A program made the position numbers and the translations under genes. The notes below the pieces were generated by a model that was not told where the DNA came from, ran no database searches, and saw nothing but the letters and a program-made list of their open reading frames with translations. 64,000 nt of DNA from positions 147,365 through 211,364 of the IMG/VR virus record IMGVR_UViG_3300035145_003993; one strand, 5' to 3'. Shown in pieces: positions 55,301 through 64,000 of this stretch (position 1 is its first letter; the number at the start of each line of letters is the position of its first letter).

Positions 55301-55746
55301 AGTAAACCTATATTAAAGTTATCTTTAGAATCACTATGACCAAAAACAATTTGATCAATTATATTTTTATTATTTTTATTTTTATATATAGGATATTTTG
55401 AATAATCTGTATGTATAAAACAAAATGATTGACTTATGAAGTTTATGATATCTTTTTTTTCGTTATCACTAAAGACACCTTCAGCGTTAATAGTTTCGCA
55501 TATAAAAGAAATTATTTCGTATGTTGTATATCCAATATTAGTTAAAGATTGAAACAAATAGGTTAGTAATTCATAAAATTCTTCTTTTGTTTTAATCGAG
55601 TCACTAACGTCTAATACTTTTTGTTTTAGTATATCTTCACTTGACGAAATTTGTATATAATCTTTAATATTACTATTTTTTAAAACGGTATGGATTTTTC
55701 CAAAACTATTGTTTGATTTTATACTTCCATAGATTGTTGACGACAT
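52315..55746 (-). CDS. baseplate hub-like protein (T4 gp27/late control D-like), 1143 aa
   Basis: C-terminal FGCPWINFGQSIFLDF...Y.VTGITH.F..G.FTT.L pattern; LEYGWS; position in tail module. Confidence 0.55.
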   Translation of the reverse strand: MSSTIYGSIKSNNSFGKIHTVLKNSNIKDYIQISSSEDILKQKVLDVSDSIKTKEEFYELLTYLFQSLTNIGYTTYEIISFICETINAEGVFSDNEKKDIINFISQSFCFIHTDYSKYPIYKNKNNKNIIDQIVFGHSDSKDNFNIGLLLNKASSKLIASNKSFKRDIKVLSSFTGIDLNKRNVKFDLNRKFLNRSLNLDVKNPKKYDTSVSSILITNPNIRIGTQNSLEVSTFFNSITTLEMNKSYPYFNATFILPSLSRQDLNSVNNTGNIRSFSVNATSSTLNSFLYGNINNKSKNYNEFSGDKISDDVFKTNMSLFTSPQTLVNLNENIGHSQNNLNSNRKTTVNDPTQPLMTLKSFSINANPTKGLMSYKSGRLSLVLHDRTRMNDIAPFIKPDLLGEFGAEILLEYGWSNPDSDNPKNPLGYFIGNSRVAEKYMIVNSSFSIDNTGLVNIDLSIAMKGPHEFKNQQISSRVDNRITQAEFESELSNIENIIKDLRNSEDSKFFEGYNLNTKNLKGIFNESLRLTKKQIGILSTFKKEYEQLLSIINGNLSNVIEISGSETFFRINYKDKLDENNRKVFNNLLFGSKDPDFFHIISNSKKEIISKINNILASIRKIINLIDSISRQDSEEVDNKRKILENIMGSLEFIDFFYPTSDKLYPEKSQIQYVSLGSIINTIVQIYLAKIKGKKSSQFDEIQTIFYTANENAGKMSNESISSFLINKNMLKDFLEDIFNRNIVITPESLITQIIQNFVRSPDNISLGLSSLYESRDTKSKNKSIKSYKNPVRPLEAYSRTSVFEKEKNKILRNIYGLSDDFPANKIKFKIPIIHMNFDCLSSIGLKNGEERTILRISIFDRVDSPFSSSSEVLQELYSGNINNSVGEFILSRKDFKDNKRPEKVSVDRKNLENYFKNQKKELDDLVEKKLLVKENDKYKINYVRFINNKNFIGSVKDIYKEIYPSLSFGSQNSVMMNANVSTLNDNKLSTIFMTRSDRNDQSLINDRISEQLPLIIMPTQASVEIFGCPWINFGQSIFLDFETGTTLDNKYIVTGITHNFSPGKFTTQLTLSYGDNYGQLKNIEDMLNEKTLNDLSKRRDKFKNNKNKKNNKKITIVVGENYKKEPFYDQRLILQNNVKTTQR

Positions 55747-56030
55747 TATTCTATCTCTTCTTTAAGCTTTAGTATCTGTGTTAAATCAACAGGAATTCTT
55801 AAAACAACACCTTCAGGGACTTGAAGCCACCAGCCAATTCCACTAGCAGCAGCAATTATCCACCAGTTATTTGGATCATTGTAATACTCTTGAGAATAAT
55901 GATCAAGCCTTTTTCCTGATTCTGATTCTATCAAATCGTGATCAATGATGCCAGATTCAACAGCTTGGTAGATATAAGGAGATATGTTTACAAACTTGCC
56001 TTTTATTAATTTATATTTATCTATTGCCAT
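55746..56030 (-). CDS. LysM-like baseplate protein (P2 gpX / T4 gp53-like)
   Basis: RLDHYSQEYYNDPNNWWIIAAA...G..LRIP; tail module position. Confidence 0.7.
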   Translation of the reverse strand: MAIDKYKLIKGKFVNISPYIYQAVESGIIDHDLIESESGKRLDHYSQEYYNDPNNWWIIAAASGIGWWLQVPEGVVLRIPVDLTQILKLKEEIE

Positions 56031-56039
56031 TGTAATTCC

Positions 56040-58805
56040 TTATTTTTTTTCTATTTCATCATTAAAGAAAGTTTTATTAACAGCTCCAACATTGTAAATA
56101 GGTGCTCTCATAATTCCTTCGTGATCTAATCCAGGTGCTATATCGTGAATTGGAGAGAATCCCATTGTTATTTTTACCCCATGAGGAGCATTTGATCCTG
56201 GACTATTTGTATTCCATACTGATTCTTGATAGTTAACATCTAAACTTGTTATAAACCCAGCAAGTCCTTTTCCTTTTGACGATTCAAATGCTTTTGTATA
56301 AGGATTGTTTATATTACCTAACTCATCTTCAGAACTAAAAATATTTATTTGTTTTTGATCTTTGATTAAAGAATCTTTTTCTATTTTAAAAGACTCAGTA
56401 TTATTATTAACATAAATTTTAGGAATAGCTATAAAAGATATTAACCCTGTATCATTTTCTTCAATAAATAAAAAAACAAAAGATTTTTCTAATGAGAAAA
56501 TATTTTTCAAGGTATTATTTCCATCATCACCTGAAAATGCTATAAATCTGGCAAGAGAGTTATTACTTCTTAAACCAGATGCGTCAAATTTTTCTACAAA
56601 AACTGATTTTTTATTCTTAAAATAAGACGTTCTTAATTTATTCAAATCGTATAACATGTTATTTAAAATTTCTGATCCTTGGAAATTATAAGTACTAAGC
56701 TTATAATCATCATTTATATTATTTTGATTAAGAATTTTTTCTATTTTTTCTACGTCGTTTTTAGGTGCTTGAGAAATATCATCAGAAATATTAATTAAAG
56801 CACTTACACTTTTATACGCTTGTTGTTTTAATGCTTCACGATTAAAATCTAAAGTGCTTTTATGACGAGTAAAAAGTACATAAGCTTTTGTTTTACTGTT
56901 AAATATAATATTATTATTATGTTTAAATTTAATTCCTCTTAATTTTTTATTTCCATGTAGTCTTTTTAAATTTTCTAAACTATAATTTGATTTTAAAACA
57001 TCACCAACTCTTAATCTAATTAAAGGAGAAGCTGTTGGTACCTGTGTAAAAGGGAATCTAAAGTCTTTTAAATCTTTAAATTTGCCTGTATTTGCAGGAA
57101 TACCTTGAGACCATTGTGGATAAACCATAGAAACTATCTTGTTAACTTGATACCACATCAAATCAAAATCTTCAGATTGCATAGAATATAAAGAAAAAGT
57201 TAGATTTATAGATCTTGTTGTTTTAACATAATGTTTTACATCGTCAATTCTACCATATCCTGATGTTGAAGAATATTCTGGACTAAAAGAATCTGATATT
57301 GTGTCTAAAAACGCATGCATAGACACAATTTCATTAGTTCTTAAGTCATGCAAATAGAAAGGCATATATTCGTTATCTAAATAAGATTCAACTTGTTCGA
57401 CTAATTCTTGAGGTAGTCTTCTAGCAGAATTTTTAGATCCTGCTGAAAAGTTTTGATAGACTATATGATTTTGACTATCTCTTAATTTATGCTTAAAATA
57501 TTGAGTTGCTTTAAGTAGTTGTGGAAGCGTAGTTATTGATGTATTAAAGCTAGAATATTGATTTGGAAATTTTTCTTTCCATTTATATTTATATTCTTCT
57601 TTAAATAAAATCTCTTGATTATTAAATCTACTTCTATCTAATAAATCTTTTTTATCTTTGTCTTTGTCAAATATTGTTCTTGAAGGATCAAGTAAACGTT
57701 GAGTAGAATTCTTTCGATAGAGAGGATTAACACCAGGAATAGTAGTTTGTGTATTAAGTAAAGGATTATCTTTGTATATAATTAAATATCCTATATTAAT
57801 TCTTTCTAATATAAATTTAAAATAATATTGACTAAATTGGATAAAAAACTTATCAATAATATTTTCTTTTGAATCTTCTTTAGCTTTATAAAGTATTTCT
57901 GAATGCCAGTATGATTCTTGTTGAAATTTTCTAATAAGAAGAAAAAATCTATTTCTTCCTATTTTTGATATTCCTGTTAACGTTCTTCCTATATACTTAA
58001 AAAGTAATTCAAAGTTCGAATCTATTTGAGAATAATTTAGATCATATTTATCATTTTTATATAAATTTTTGTATTTTGGATCTGTATTTATAAACTTATC
58101 AAATCCGATAATAAAATATTTTATTAGATTTGCAAGCGAAAAAGTTTTTGAACTTCGTTTTATTCTTTTATCTCTATAAGAATTTAGTAATTTATCAAAA
58201 TAATATTTAATAGGATCAGGAATTAAATTATTTTTTAAATCATTTCCATAACCTGATAGAAACCAAAAAGATGATAAATAAACAATTGATTCAATTAAAT
58301 AATCAAAAATATAAGTAATTAATGATATATCTATTTTTGATCCATTTGGTCCTGTTTGTAAAAATAAACCTGCTGAATTAAACTCTATACCTGCAATCAT
58401 TTCAAGTTCTTCAGCATAAATTGCTCTATTAGAATCACCTTCAGCAAATATTGAATTATATCTTGAATAATATTTAACAGGTTTATCATATCCAAATGAC
58501 GGATTAACTAATAAATTTTCATTTCCTTGACTATTTTTTTTGGATGGAAAAATATCACTTTCTAAATCTTTTACACCAGATTCAAAAGAAACAATACCCA
58601 CTCCTTTATCTACTAACCCAGTAAGACCTTTAAGTCCTGCAGGCAAAGCGTTTGTTGAAGGTATTACTGTAGTATTATTTCCTGGACTTTTTGAAGAAAA
58701 ATAATCTTCTTGATTTTGTAATTTTTCTTGTGAAGCTTCACCAGGATTTTTAACTTCACCATCAATAATTATTTTTCCACTAGGATCCAAGATATACTTT
58801 GACAT
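56040..58805 (-). CDS. baseplate/tail-tube-initiator-like protein, 921 aa
   Basis: F.AFLDTISDSFSPEY....GYGR.D....Y..T.RSINLTF, LRVGD, GFITSL.V.Y...W: tube-like fold pattern. Confidence 0.55.
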   Translation of the reverse strand: MSKYILDPSGKIIIDGEVKNPGEASQEKLQNQEDYFSSKSPGNNTTVIPSTNALPAGLKGLTGLVDKGVGIVSFESGVKDLESDIFPSKKNSQGNENLLVNPSFGYDKPVKYYSRYNSIFAEGDSNRAIYAEELEMIAGIEFNSAGLFLQTGPNGSKIDISLITYIFDYLIESIVYLSSFWFLSGYGNDLKNNLIPDPIKYYFDKLLNSYRDKRIKRSSKTFSLANLIKYFIIGFDKFINTDPKYKNLYKNDKYDLNYSQIDSNFELLFKYIGRTLTGISKIGRNRFFLLIRKFQQESYWHSEILYKAKEDSKENIIDKFFIQFSQYYFKFILERINIGYLIIYKDNPLLNTQTTIPGVNPLYRKNSTQRLLDPSRTIFDKDKDKKDLLDRSRFNNQEILFKEEYKYKWKEKFPNQYSSFNTSITTLPQLLKATQYFKHKLRDSQNHIVYQNFSAGSKNSARRLPQELVEQVESYLDNEYMPFYLHDLRTNEIVSMHAFLDTISDSFSPEYSSTSGYGRIDDVKHYVKTTRSINLTFSLYSMQSEDFDLMWYQVNKIVSMVYPQWSQGIPANTGKFKDLKDFRFPFTQVPTASPLIRLRVGDVLKSNYSLENLKRLHGNKKLRGIKFKHNNNIIFNSKTKAYVLFTRHKSTLDFNREALKQQAYKSVSALINISDDISQAPKNDVEKIEKILNQNNINDDYKLSTYNFQGSEILNNMLYDLNKLRTSYFKNKKSVFVEKFDASGLRSNNSLARFIAFSGDDGNNTLKNIFSLEKSFVFLFIEENDTGLISFIAIPKIYVNNNTESFKIEKDSLIKDQKQINIFSSEDELGNINNPYTKAFESSKGKGLAGFITSLDVNYQESVWNTNSPGSNAPHGVKITMGFSPIHDIAPGLDHEGIMRAPIYNVGAVNKTFFNDEIEKK

Positions 58806-58810
58806 TTAAT

Positions 58811-59077
58811 TTACCCTTTAATAATAGGTTTCTTCTTTAAATATTCGTTAAGATCTACGTCTTCTTTATCTTTTAAGATCTTTACGTTTTCTTCTGTTAA
58901 ACTTTTTTCAAACTTATCAGATAACACATTAGTATGTTTATTAAACTTTTCTGAGATTAATTTAAAAGCTAATTCTTCGTCTATTCCTAAAAGATCTGCA
59001 TATACTTTAGACATTTCTTCTTTTATTTTGTTTAATTCTTTAAAATTACTTATATTTTTTTTTAAATTAAATTTCAT
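58811..59077 (-). CDS. hypothetical protein, 88 aa
   Basis: ORF with GGGG RBS. Confidence 0.65.
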   Translation of the reverse strand: MKFNLKKNISNFKELNKIKEEMSKVYADLLGIDEELAFKLISEKFNKHTNVLSDKFEKSLTEENVKILKDKEDVDLNEYLKKKPIIKG

Positions 59078-59096
59078 GTTATTTCCCCAGTGTTGA

Positions 59097-62063
59097 TTAC
59101 AGAGCTGATATTTCTGTTGATGACCCAGAATAGCTCACTGTTGCACTTTCAGTTAGACCGGGTTGACCTCTAAGATCGCTAGGATTAGTTGCTTGTCTCA
59201 AAAATCCACTTGATAGAAGTCCACTCCCTACTTTTCTGCCGTCTAAGTTAATATTAATAGGTTGTACTTGAGTATTATTATTATTTAAAGATTCTTGAGT
59301 AACTCTATTTCTATTTACTGCAATTTGTTCTTGAGTTTGATTTAAGTCATTCATTACTTGACTTCCAGCATATCTATTTTTATTTAACCCTTCTAAAACA
59401 TTTAAAGAATCTTTGATTTCTTCGTTATAATTCGATAGTATATCAAATCTATATTTAAGTCTATTTTCACTAATATTTAGTAGTTTTTCTTGTATTCTTA
59501 AAAGTTCTTGATTACTTTGACCTGGTCTTTTTTTGATTTCGTTTTCAACAATCGAGATAAGTGCTCCAACGCCTCTAGCTTGTTGCATATCTCCACCTTT
59601 TAATAGATTATATTTAAGCTGTTCATCAATATCAGATGCGTTAAATTCTAATCTTTTAGCTCTTTGTCTTTCTTCAGCTAATTCCCCGCCTGTGCCTGTA
59701 ACGTCAAATAATGCTAAAGTTTTTCCTAGAGTAGTATCTGCAAGTTGTCTTTGTACTTCATTAAAAGCTGTTCTAACAATTTGAATAACCATATCCCTAA
59801 TAAATCTAAAAACAGGCTTACCTAATTGAAACATTGAAGGAAGTATTTTTCCTGTAATTGAATCTAAAATTTTTCTTAAACTAGTTGTTATGCCTAATGC
59901 TTCATCTTCAGAAATGCTGAATATTCTTCTAAAATTTTCTCCTAACGATAAAGTGCTACCACTGTCAAGAAAATCAACTAAACTTACAAAACCATCTGCT
60001 AAAGTATCAATTAAACCTGGACCAATAGCTGCAAAACCTTTTAATAACTGTCCTACTAACTTTCCTCCGGCTTGAAATAAAGTCCCGCCTGGTCCACTTG
60101 AAATATTACTAAAATTTTTAAAGTTAAATATATTTTTTAAATAGTGTGAAAATTCTCTTTGAGCTTTATAAACATTCGTATTATCTTTAAAAGAAAGTCC
60201 TAAAACACTCGTTAGTTTATTCATAAATGGTTTTACAGAATTATCTAAAGCTTTGACATTAAACAAACCTTTTTTACCATTAGTACCTATTAAAATATCT
60301 ATAGTGTCTTCAATAGGTTTAAATGCATTCCTAAAACTTTTCATTAGAGAACTGTCTCTACCAAAATCAATACCTTTAAGATAAAATTCTTCAACTCTTT
60401 TAGACACTGCTTTAAATTTATCACTTAATCCTGTTGCTAGTATTAAAGAAGAACTTAATCCATCCATAAAAGATGACATAAAAGATGTATTTTGCATTAT
60501 ATTTTTAATTTCTTTTAAAGAACCAGACATATCATTAAAAGCTTTAAGTTGCTTAGCTTCAGGAGTATTATCTCTCATCTTTTTCATAGAATCTTCATAA
60601 GACATTCCTGCATTTCTAAAATCCATTAAAGCTTTAAGAGATGCAGCAGAAAGACCTGTAGTTGAAGCCATTAAAGATTTTTCGTGACGATTTAGTTGTT
60701 CGAATGATCTACCAGTAGCCATCATTGAATTTCTAAACATTTCAAATATTTCTTCAGGTTTTTCTGCTCGGATTAGTTTAAGAGCATCAACATTCATACC
60801 AAATGTCTGAGATAGCATAGCAGAGGTTTGTGCAGCAGATTCAAATGTATCTAATTTACTAAACATTGAGATTGCGTCTTGAGCTGAAAGTCCCATCTTT
60901 GTTAATTGAGCTGATGTTTCTTGTAATTCTCTTGTAGATAAATGACCAAAGTTTATAATATCTCTTTGAAGAGTTAGGAAATTTTTTGAAATAATTTTTC
61001 TATTAACACCTGTTTCTTTTGCAACTGCAGAAAGAGATTTTTGAATTCCTAAGAGAGTTACATTTATATTTTCTCCTCTTAGTGCTGCTTCTTGTGCAAT
61101 GAAAGCAACATCTTCAGCAGAAGCTCCTAATGATCTTATATTTTTTTCGAAAAAATTAAATTGCTCTGCAGAACCCATTGTTACTTTTGATAAACTTTCA
61201 CCAAAAATATCTGCATAAGGACCCATTTCATTCAACCTTTGTCCTAATGCTTGAATTCTATTTGCTATTCCCGCTGCACCTTTATCAAATAATTTAACAC
61301 TATCACTTGTAATATCCTTAAATTCTAATAAACTACTCCCAGAATTTTCAGCAAAATTTTGTATTGCTCGACCTGCGCCACTCCCAAATTTATTGGAAAT
61401 ATCAAACAACTCTTTGGTTGATTCGACTGCAGTTCCTATTGTCATCACAAGATCTTGTCTTAATGAATTTCCTATCTTAGCAGATGCAGCTCCTATCTTT
61501 AAAGGAAGAGCAATCATAAATTTTGCAAATTTAGATGCAAACTTTAATACCTGAAAGAATCCTGTCGCAAGAAATTCAACTGCTTTTCTTAACTTTATGG
61601 CAATTTTTATTAATTTAGTAAAAACAATTATTAAAGGATGATTTGCTATTGAATCTAATGCTTCTAACATAAAATCTTTTACTTTTGAAATAGAATTAGT
61701 AACTGGTTTTACAAATTTATTATTTGTAATATTTCCAAGAGCCATAATACTAGCACCTGCACTTGCTGACGCTAGTTTTATTTTAAGTAAACTTTTTTCA
61801 AATTTACCTAATTTAGAACTTTTAATTTTTTCTTTAAACATTTCAAATTGTTCATTGATTTTTTCTTGTGAATTAGTAAATTCTTTATATGACACAGCAA
61901 TTTGACTAAAGATTTTTTCTGTTAAGGCTAATTGGTTTTTTTGTTGATTTTGTAATATTTCTTCCTGATCTATTCTTGTTGATAACATATCAAGATAATT
62001 TGAAAGTAGTTCATTTTGTGTTCTTTGATTTTGAACTTGTTCTTGATTATCTGTGTCTGTCAT
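59097..62063 (-). CDS. tape measure protein (probable)
   Basis: Long A/G/S/L-rich helical ORF directly downstream of the tail chaperone pair and upstream of baseplate genes. Confidence 0.72.
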   Translation of the reverse strand: MTDTDNQEQVQNQRTQNELLSNYLDMLSTRIDQEEILQNQQKNQLALTEKIFSQIAVSYKEFTNSQEKINEQFEMFKEKIKSSKLGKFEKSLLKIKLASASAGASIMALGNITNNKFVKPVTNSISKVKDFMLEALDSIANHPLIIVFTKLIKIAIKLRKAVEFLATGFFQVLKFASKFAKFMIALPLKIGAASAKIGNSLRQDLVMTIGTAVESTKELFDISNKFGSGAGRAIQNFAENSGSSLLEFKDITSDSVKLFDKGAAGIANRIQALGQRLNEMGPYADIFGESLSKVTMGSAEQFNFFEKNIRSLGASAEDVAFIAQEAALRGENINVTLLGIQKSLSAVAKETGVNRKIISKNFLTLQRDIINFGHLSTRELQETSAQLTKMGLSAQDAISMFSKLDTFESAAQTSAMLSQTFGMNVDALKLIRAEKPEEIFEMFRNSMMATGRSFEQLNRHEKSLMASTTGLSAASLKALMDFRNAGMSYEDSMKKMRDNTPEAKQLKAFNDMSGSLKEIKNIMQNTSFMSSFMDGLSSSLILATGLSDKFKAVSKRVEEFYLKGIDFGRDSSLMKSFRNAFKPIEDTIDILIGTNGKKGLFNVKALDNSVKPFMNKLTSVLGLSFKDNTNVYKAQREFSHYLKNIFNFKNFSNISSGPGGTLFQAGGKLVGQLLKGFAAIGPGLIDTLADGFVSLVDFLDSGSTLSLGENFRRIFSISEDEALGITTSLRKILDSITGKILPSMFQLGKPVFRFIRDMVIQIVRTAFNEVQRQLADTTLGKTLALFDVTGTGGELAEERQRAKRLEFNASDIDEQLKYNLLKGGDMQQARGVGALISIVENEIKKRPGQSNQELLRIQEKLLNISENRLKYRFDILSNYNEEIKDSLNVLEGLNKNRYAGSQVMNDLNQTQEQIAVNRNRVTQESLNNNNTQVQPININLDGRKVGSGLLSSGFLRQATNPSDLRGQPGLTESATVSYSGSSTEISAL

Positions 62064-62119
62064 GTTTTTTACTCACTTAAATAATATAATAATTATTATT
62101 AAAAATAAAAGTCAATAAA

Positions 62120-62371
62120 CTAAAAGCTTTTTTTAAATATATTTTTTGAATTATTTAAACTTTTTGGATTTTGATTTATATTATTTTGTTTTTCTAAATT
62201 TTCTTTTAATTTCTGAATGAACCAAAATCTTTTCCAAACTGGTAAATTATAAGCATCTTTATAGTTAAAATTTAGATTGTTCATTAAAACAAATATTTGT
62301 TCTAATATAACTTCTTTATTTTCAGGAGTCAGGCCAAAAAAACGAGGCTCCGATTGGTAAATCAACCTCAC
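62120..62371 (-). CDS. C-terminal (gpT-like) segment of the tail assembly chaperone, probably reached by frameshift
   Basis: No convincing RBS or start; frame opens across the U7 run; IF.L...NF.Y.D.YNLP.W.R.WF motif. Confidence 0.65.
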   Translation of the reverse strand: MRLIYQSEPRFFGLTPENKEVILEQIFVLMNNLNFNYKDAYNLPVWKRFWFIQKLKENLEKQNNINQNPKSLNNSKNIFKKSF

Positions 62372-63161
62372 TTTCTTCGTGACAATGAGAACAAGTCATA
62401 TGAGATTTCATATCAATTCCTGGTTCATAATCATCTAAAAATCTTCTTAAAGCTAAAGAATCTCTTGCTGGCATATGTTGAACAAATAAATTAATTTTAT
62501 TTCTATCAGAAATTCCTTCAATTGATAAAATAGATCGTGATAGTCTATCTGTGACAGTATTTTCTGTGCTAAGACCACTTCTTTTCTTTCTATCACTAAT
62601 AATCATCATTTCTCTTTCATCGTGTCCTGTTAAAAATTTAACTTTTACAGACTTTTTAGTTACGGGAAGAGTAACTTCAAAAATGTTTTGTCCTAATTCA
62701 ACAGGATCAACTTTAAGTCTTTTAATTTCTAATTGTGAAAGATCAAATGTGCTTTTATTTGTACTACTACATTCAGGACAATTAATTTCTAATGTATAAT
62801 CAGATCCATAACCTGTAATTCTTAAAGCAATTAAAAGAGCATTTCTATCACCTGAAATTAGATCGTCTGGATTAATTTCTTTGTCAATTAAACAACTTTT
62901 AATTAGCTTTGAAATAACAGTACCGTTTTTAATATATGCTCGAGAAGTTAAAATGTCTTCTTCTCTTGCAGTCATAGGTTTAATTTCTACTGATTCTGTA
63001 CCTTGAAGTGAATTATTATTATAAATAACACCTCTAGAAGGTAAAGGAACTGCTTCAACTGCTATATCAATTCCAAAATCATCAAGCATTACATTTCTTT
63101 TTTGAATTGGGCCATTATCGTCAATATCCGACGGTTTAATCGGCTCGTTTAATTTATCCAT
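62322..63161 (-). CDS. tail assembly chaperone / baseplate hub assembly protein (gpG / T4 gp26-like)
   Basis: VPLPSRG..Y, MTAREEDIL, GDR.ALL..LRI.GYG..Y, CPEC, LP.T, CSHC, ending FFWP; GGAG RBS. Confidence 0.7.
   Translation of the reverse strand: MDKLNEPIKPSDIDDNGPIQKRNVMLDDFGIDIAVEAVPLPSRGVIYNNNSLQGTESVEIKPMTAREEDILTSRAYIKNGTVISKLIKSCLIDKEINPDDLISGDRNALLIALRITGYGSDYTLEINCPECSSTNKSTFDLSQLEIKRLKVDPVELGQNIFEVTLPVTKKSVKVKFLTGHDEREMMIISDRKKRSGLSTENTVTDRLSRSILSIEGISDRNKINLFVQHMPARDSLALRRFLDDYEPGIDMKSHMTCSHCHEESEVDLPIGASFFWPDS
62336..62342 (-). other. U7 slippery site (TCG TTT TTT TGG) for a +1/-2 frameshift
   Basis: Frame 0 gives FFWPDS-stop; shifted frame gives FFGLTPENKEV..., continuing to 62120. 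Confidence 0.65.
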
Positions 63162-63179
63162 TACAACTCCAAATATACA

Positions 63180-64000
63180 TTAATTGTTTATATCAATTAT
63201 AGAAGTATTATTATCTTCTGTAAAATCATTTATATCATTAATTAAATTATCTAATTTAATAGATGTAAATATATTTGATTTGAGTTCGTCACCAAAAAAT
63301 GATATTCCAATTGTTCCAGATAATGTATTCTCTAGTTTTTGTTGTCTAAATTTTTCTGTATTTAGAACAGAAACATCAACAAAATAATCTTTAATAACTC
63401 CTGCAGATTGATAACTTGATAAAAATTCTTCTAAAGAAGAAGATAATATAGATCGAGTATTAAATAAAGAATCGTTTTCTGAGTTTAAGCTGAACAGTAA
63501 AGGACTTCCATTAATTACTGGACTAGTAAGAAGTAAGTTTTTTAAATTTCTTTTAATATCTAAATAAATTCTTGTATTATGATATAAAGAAAAAACATTT
63601 TTTCTATCTTGGATTAATGTATTTGCTGATAGAGGTTTAATTTGTCTATTAGCTGAAATGATGCCTATAGGGTTAATATTATAATCTTTCTTTTTAGAAT
63701 TAATTAATAATTGATCGAAATCATTATTATTATAAATAAATTTTGAGTTAACAATATTAGTAATTGTTAGTATACTATTATCATAAGAAACATTATCTAT
63801 AGACTGACCTATTGATAAAGATTGTGATAAAGAATTAATAAAAACTAAAGAAGCTGGAATCTCTATTACTTTATCGTTAATTGATGCTTCACATCTATTT
63901 AATAAACTTATACTATATTTTGAATTAAAAAATCTTAAGTATTGATTATTAAAAGAATTATTAGTTCCATCTATTAGAGAAGATTTTATATTATCTCTTT
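63180..64000 (-). CDS. tail sheath-like protein, C-terminal part (start outside window; missed by track)
   Basis: Manual translation of segments at both ends and the middle: IPASLVF...YNINPI...SANTL...TRIYLDIKRNL...LLFSLN...L..YQSAGVIKDYFVD...LSGTIGI, a degenerate sheath domain pattern. Confidence 0.6.
   Translation of the reverse strand, partial: RDNIKSSLIDGTNNSFNNQYLRFFNSKYSISLLNRCEASINDKVIEIPASLVFINSLSQSLSIGQSIDNVSYDNSILTITNIVNSKFIYNNNDFDQLLINSKKKDYNINPIGIISANRQIKPLSANTLIQDRKNVFSLYHNTRIYLDIKRNLKNLLLTSPVINGSPLLFSLNSENDSLFNTRSILSSSLEEFLSSYQSAGVIKDYFVDVSVLNTEKFRQQKLENTLSGTIGISFFGDELKSNIFTSIKLDNLINDINDFTEDNNTSIIDINN

Noticed and set aside
62369-62371. GTG as an independent start of the 83-aa ORF
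   Set aside because: It lies inside the upstream gene without a clear SD, and the first 10 residues look non-conserved; a frameshift explains the overlap better
2199-63387. About 30 short opposite-strand or nested ORFs in the track (e.g. 6005-6475, 13973-14302, 37556-37771, 54941-55339, 63184-63387)
   Set aside because: They are shadows of longer genes on the other strand or frame, with F/L/I/S-rich antisense composition and no motifs
1-64000. CRISPR array, tRNA or rRNA genes, diversity-generating retroelement
   Set aside because: No regularly spaced repeats, cloverleaf-like GC-rich segments or reverse transcriptase motifs were seen by eye; intergenic gaps are mostly under 120 bp. tRNAscan or Infernal would be needed to exclude small RNAs
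1-64000. Alternative genetic code (stop recoding)
   Set aside because: Conserved genes are full length under code 11, coding density is high, and TAA, TAG and TGA all appear as real stops
1-64000. Eukaryotic giant virus or bacterial chromosome
   Set aside because: SD sites, a sigma-70, DnaE, peptidoglycan hydrolases and a contractile tail module with mostly orphan genes fit a jumbo bacteriophage

Overview
The window is 64 kb of a very AT-rich, densely coding genome, read as a jumbo tailed phage with a contractile (myovirus-type) tail. It uses genetic code 11 and almost all genes lie on the minus strand. In transcription order (high to low coordinates) it carries: a tail module (partial sheath-like gene, tail assembly chaperone with a probable programmed frameshift, tape measure, baseplate genes, lytic transglycosylase); a replication/recombination module (minimal PolA, gp32-like SSB, RecA, 5'-3' exonuclease, DnaB-like helicase, dUTPase); class Ia ribonucleotide reductase, thioredoxin, ClpP and an amidase endolysin; a nucleotide-metabolism cluster with canonical ThyX plus a divergent ThyX paralog, an all-alpha NTP pyrophosphatase, a nucleoside deoxyribosyltransferase-like enzyme and a SAM methyltransferase; Fpg, photolyase and a TadG-like vWA protein; DnaE; TK, a dNMP kinase fusion, dCMP deaminase and Fe/Mn SOD; a block of orphan proteins; GroEL; and a truncated sigma-70 gene at the left edge that the ORF track missed. 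Main highlights: (1) both DnaE and NrdA are fractured by split inteins with a free-standing endonuclease between the halves; each splice junction rebuilds an essential Cys, and the two intein pairs have opposite charge polarity, suggesting natural orthogonality; (2) a candidate novel base-modification pathway around the ThyX paralog; (3) a recurrent non-canonical promoter GTGTAA-N17-TATAAT; (4) a +1/-2 U7 frameshift joining the tail chaperone ORFs; (5) shared N-terminal leaders that may target proteins to the capsid. All product calls come from motifs recognised by eye; no database search was run. No tRNA, rRNA or CRISPR array was recognised.
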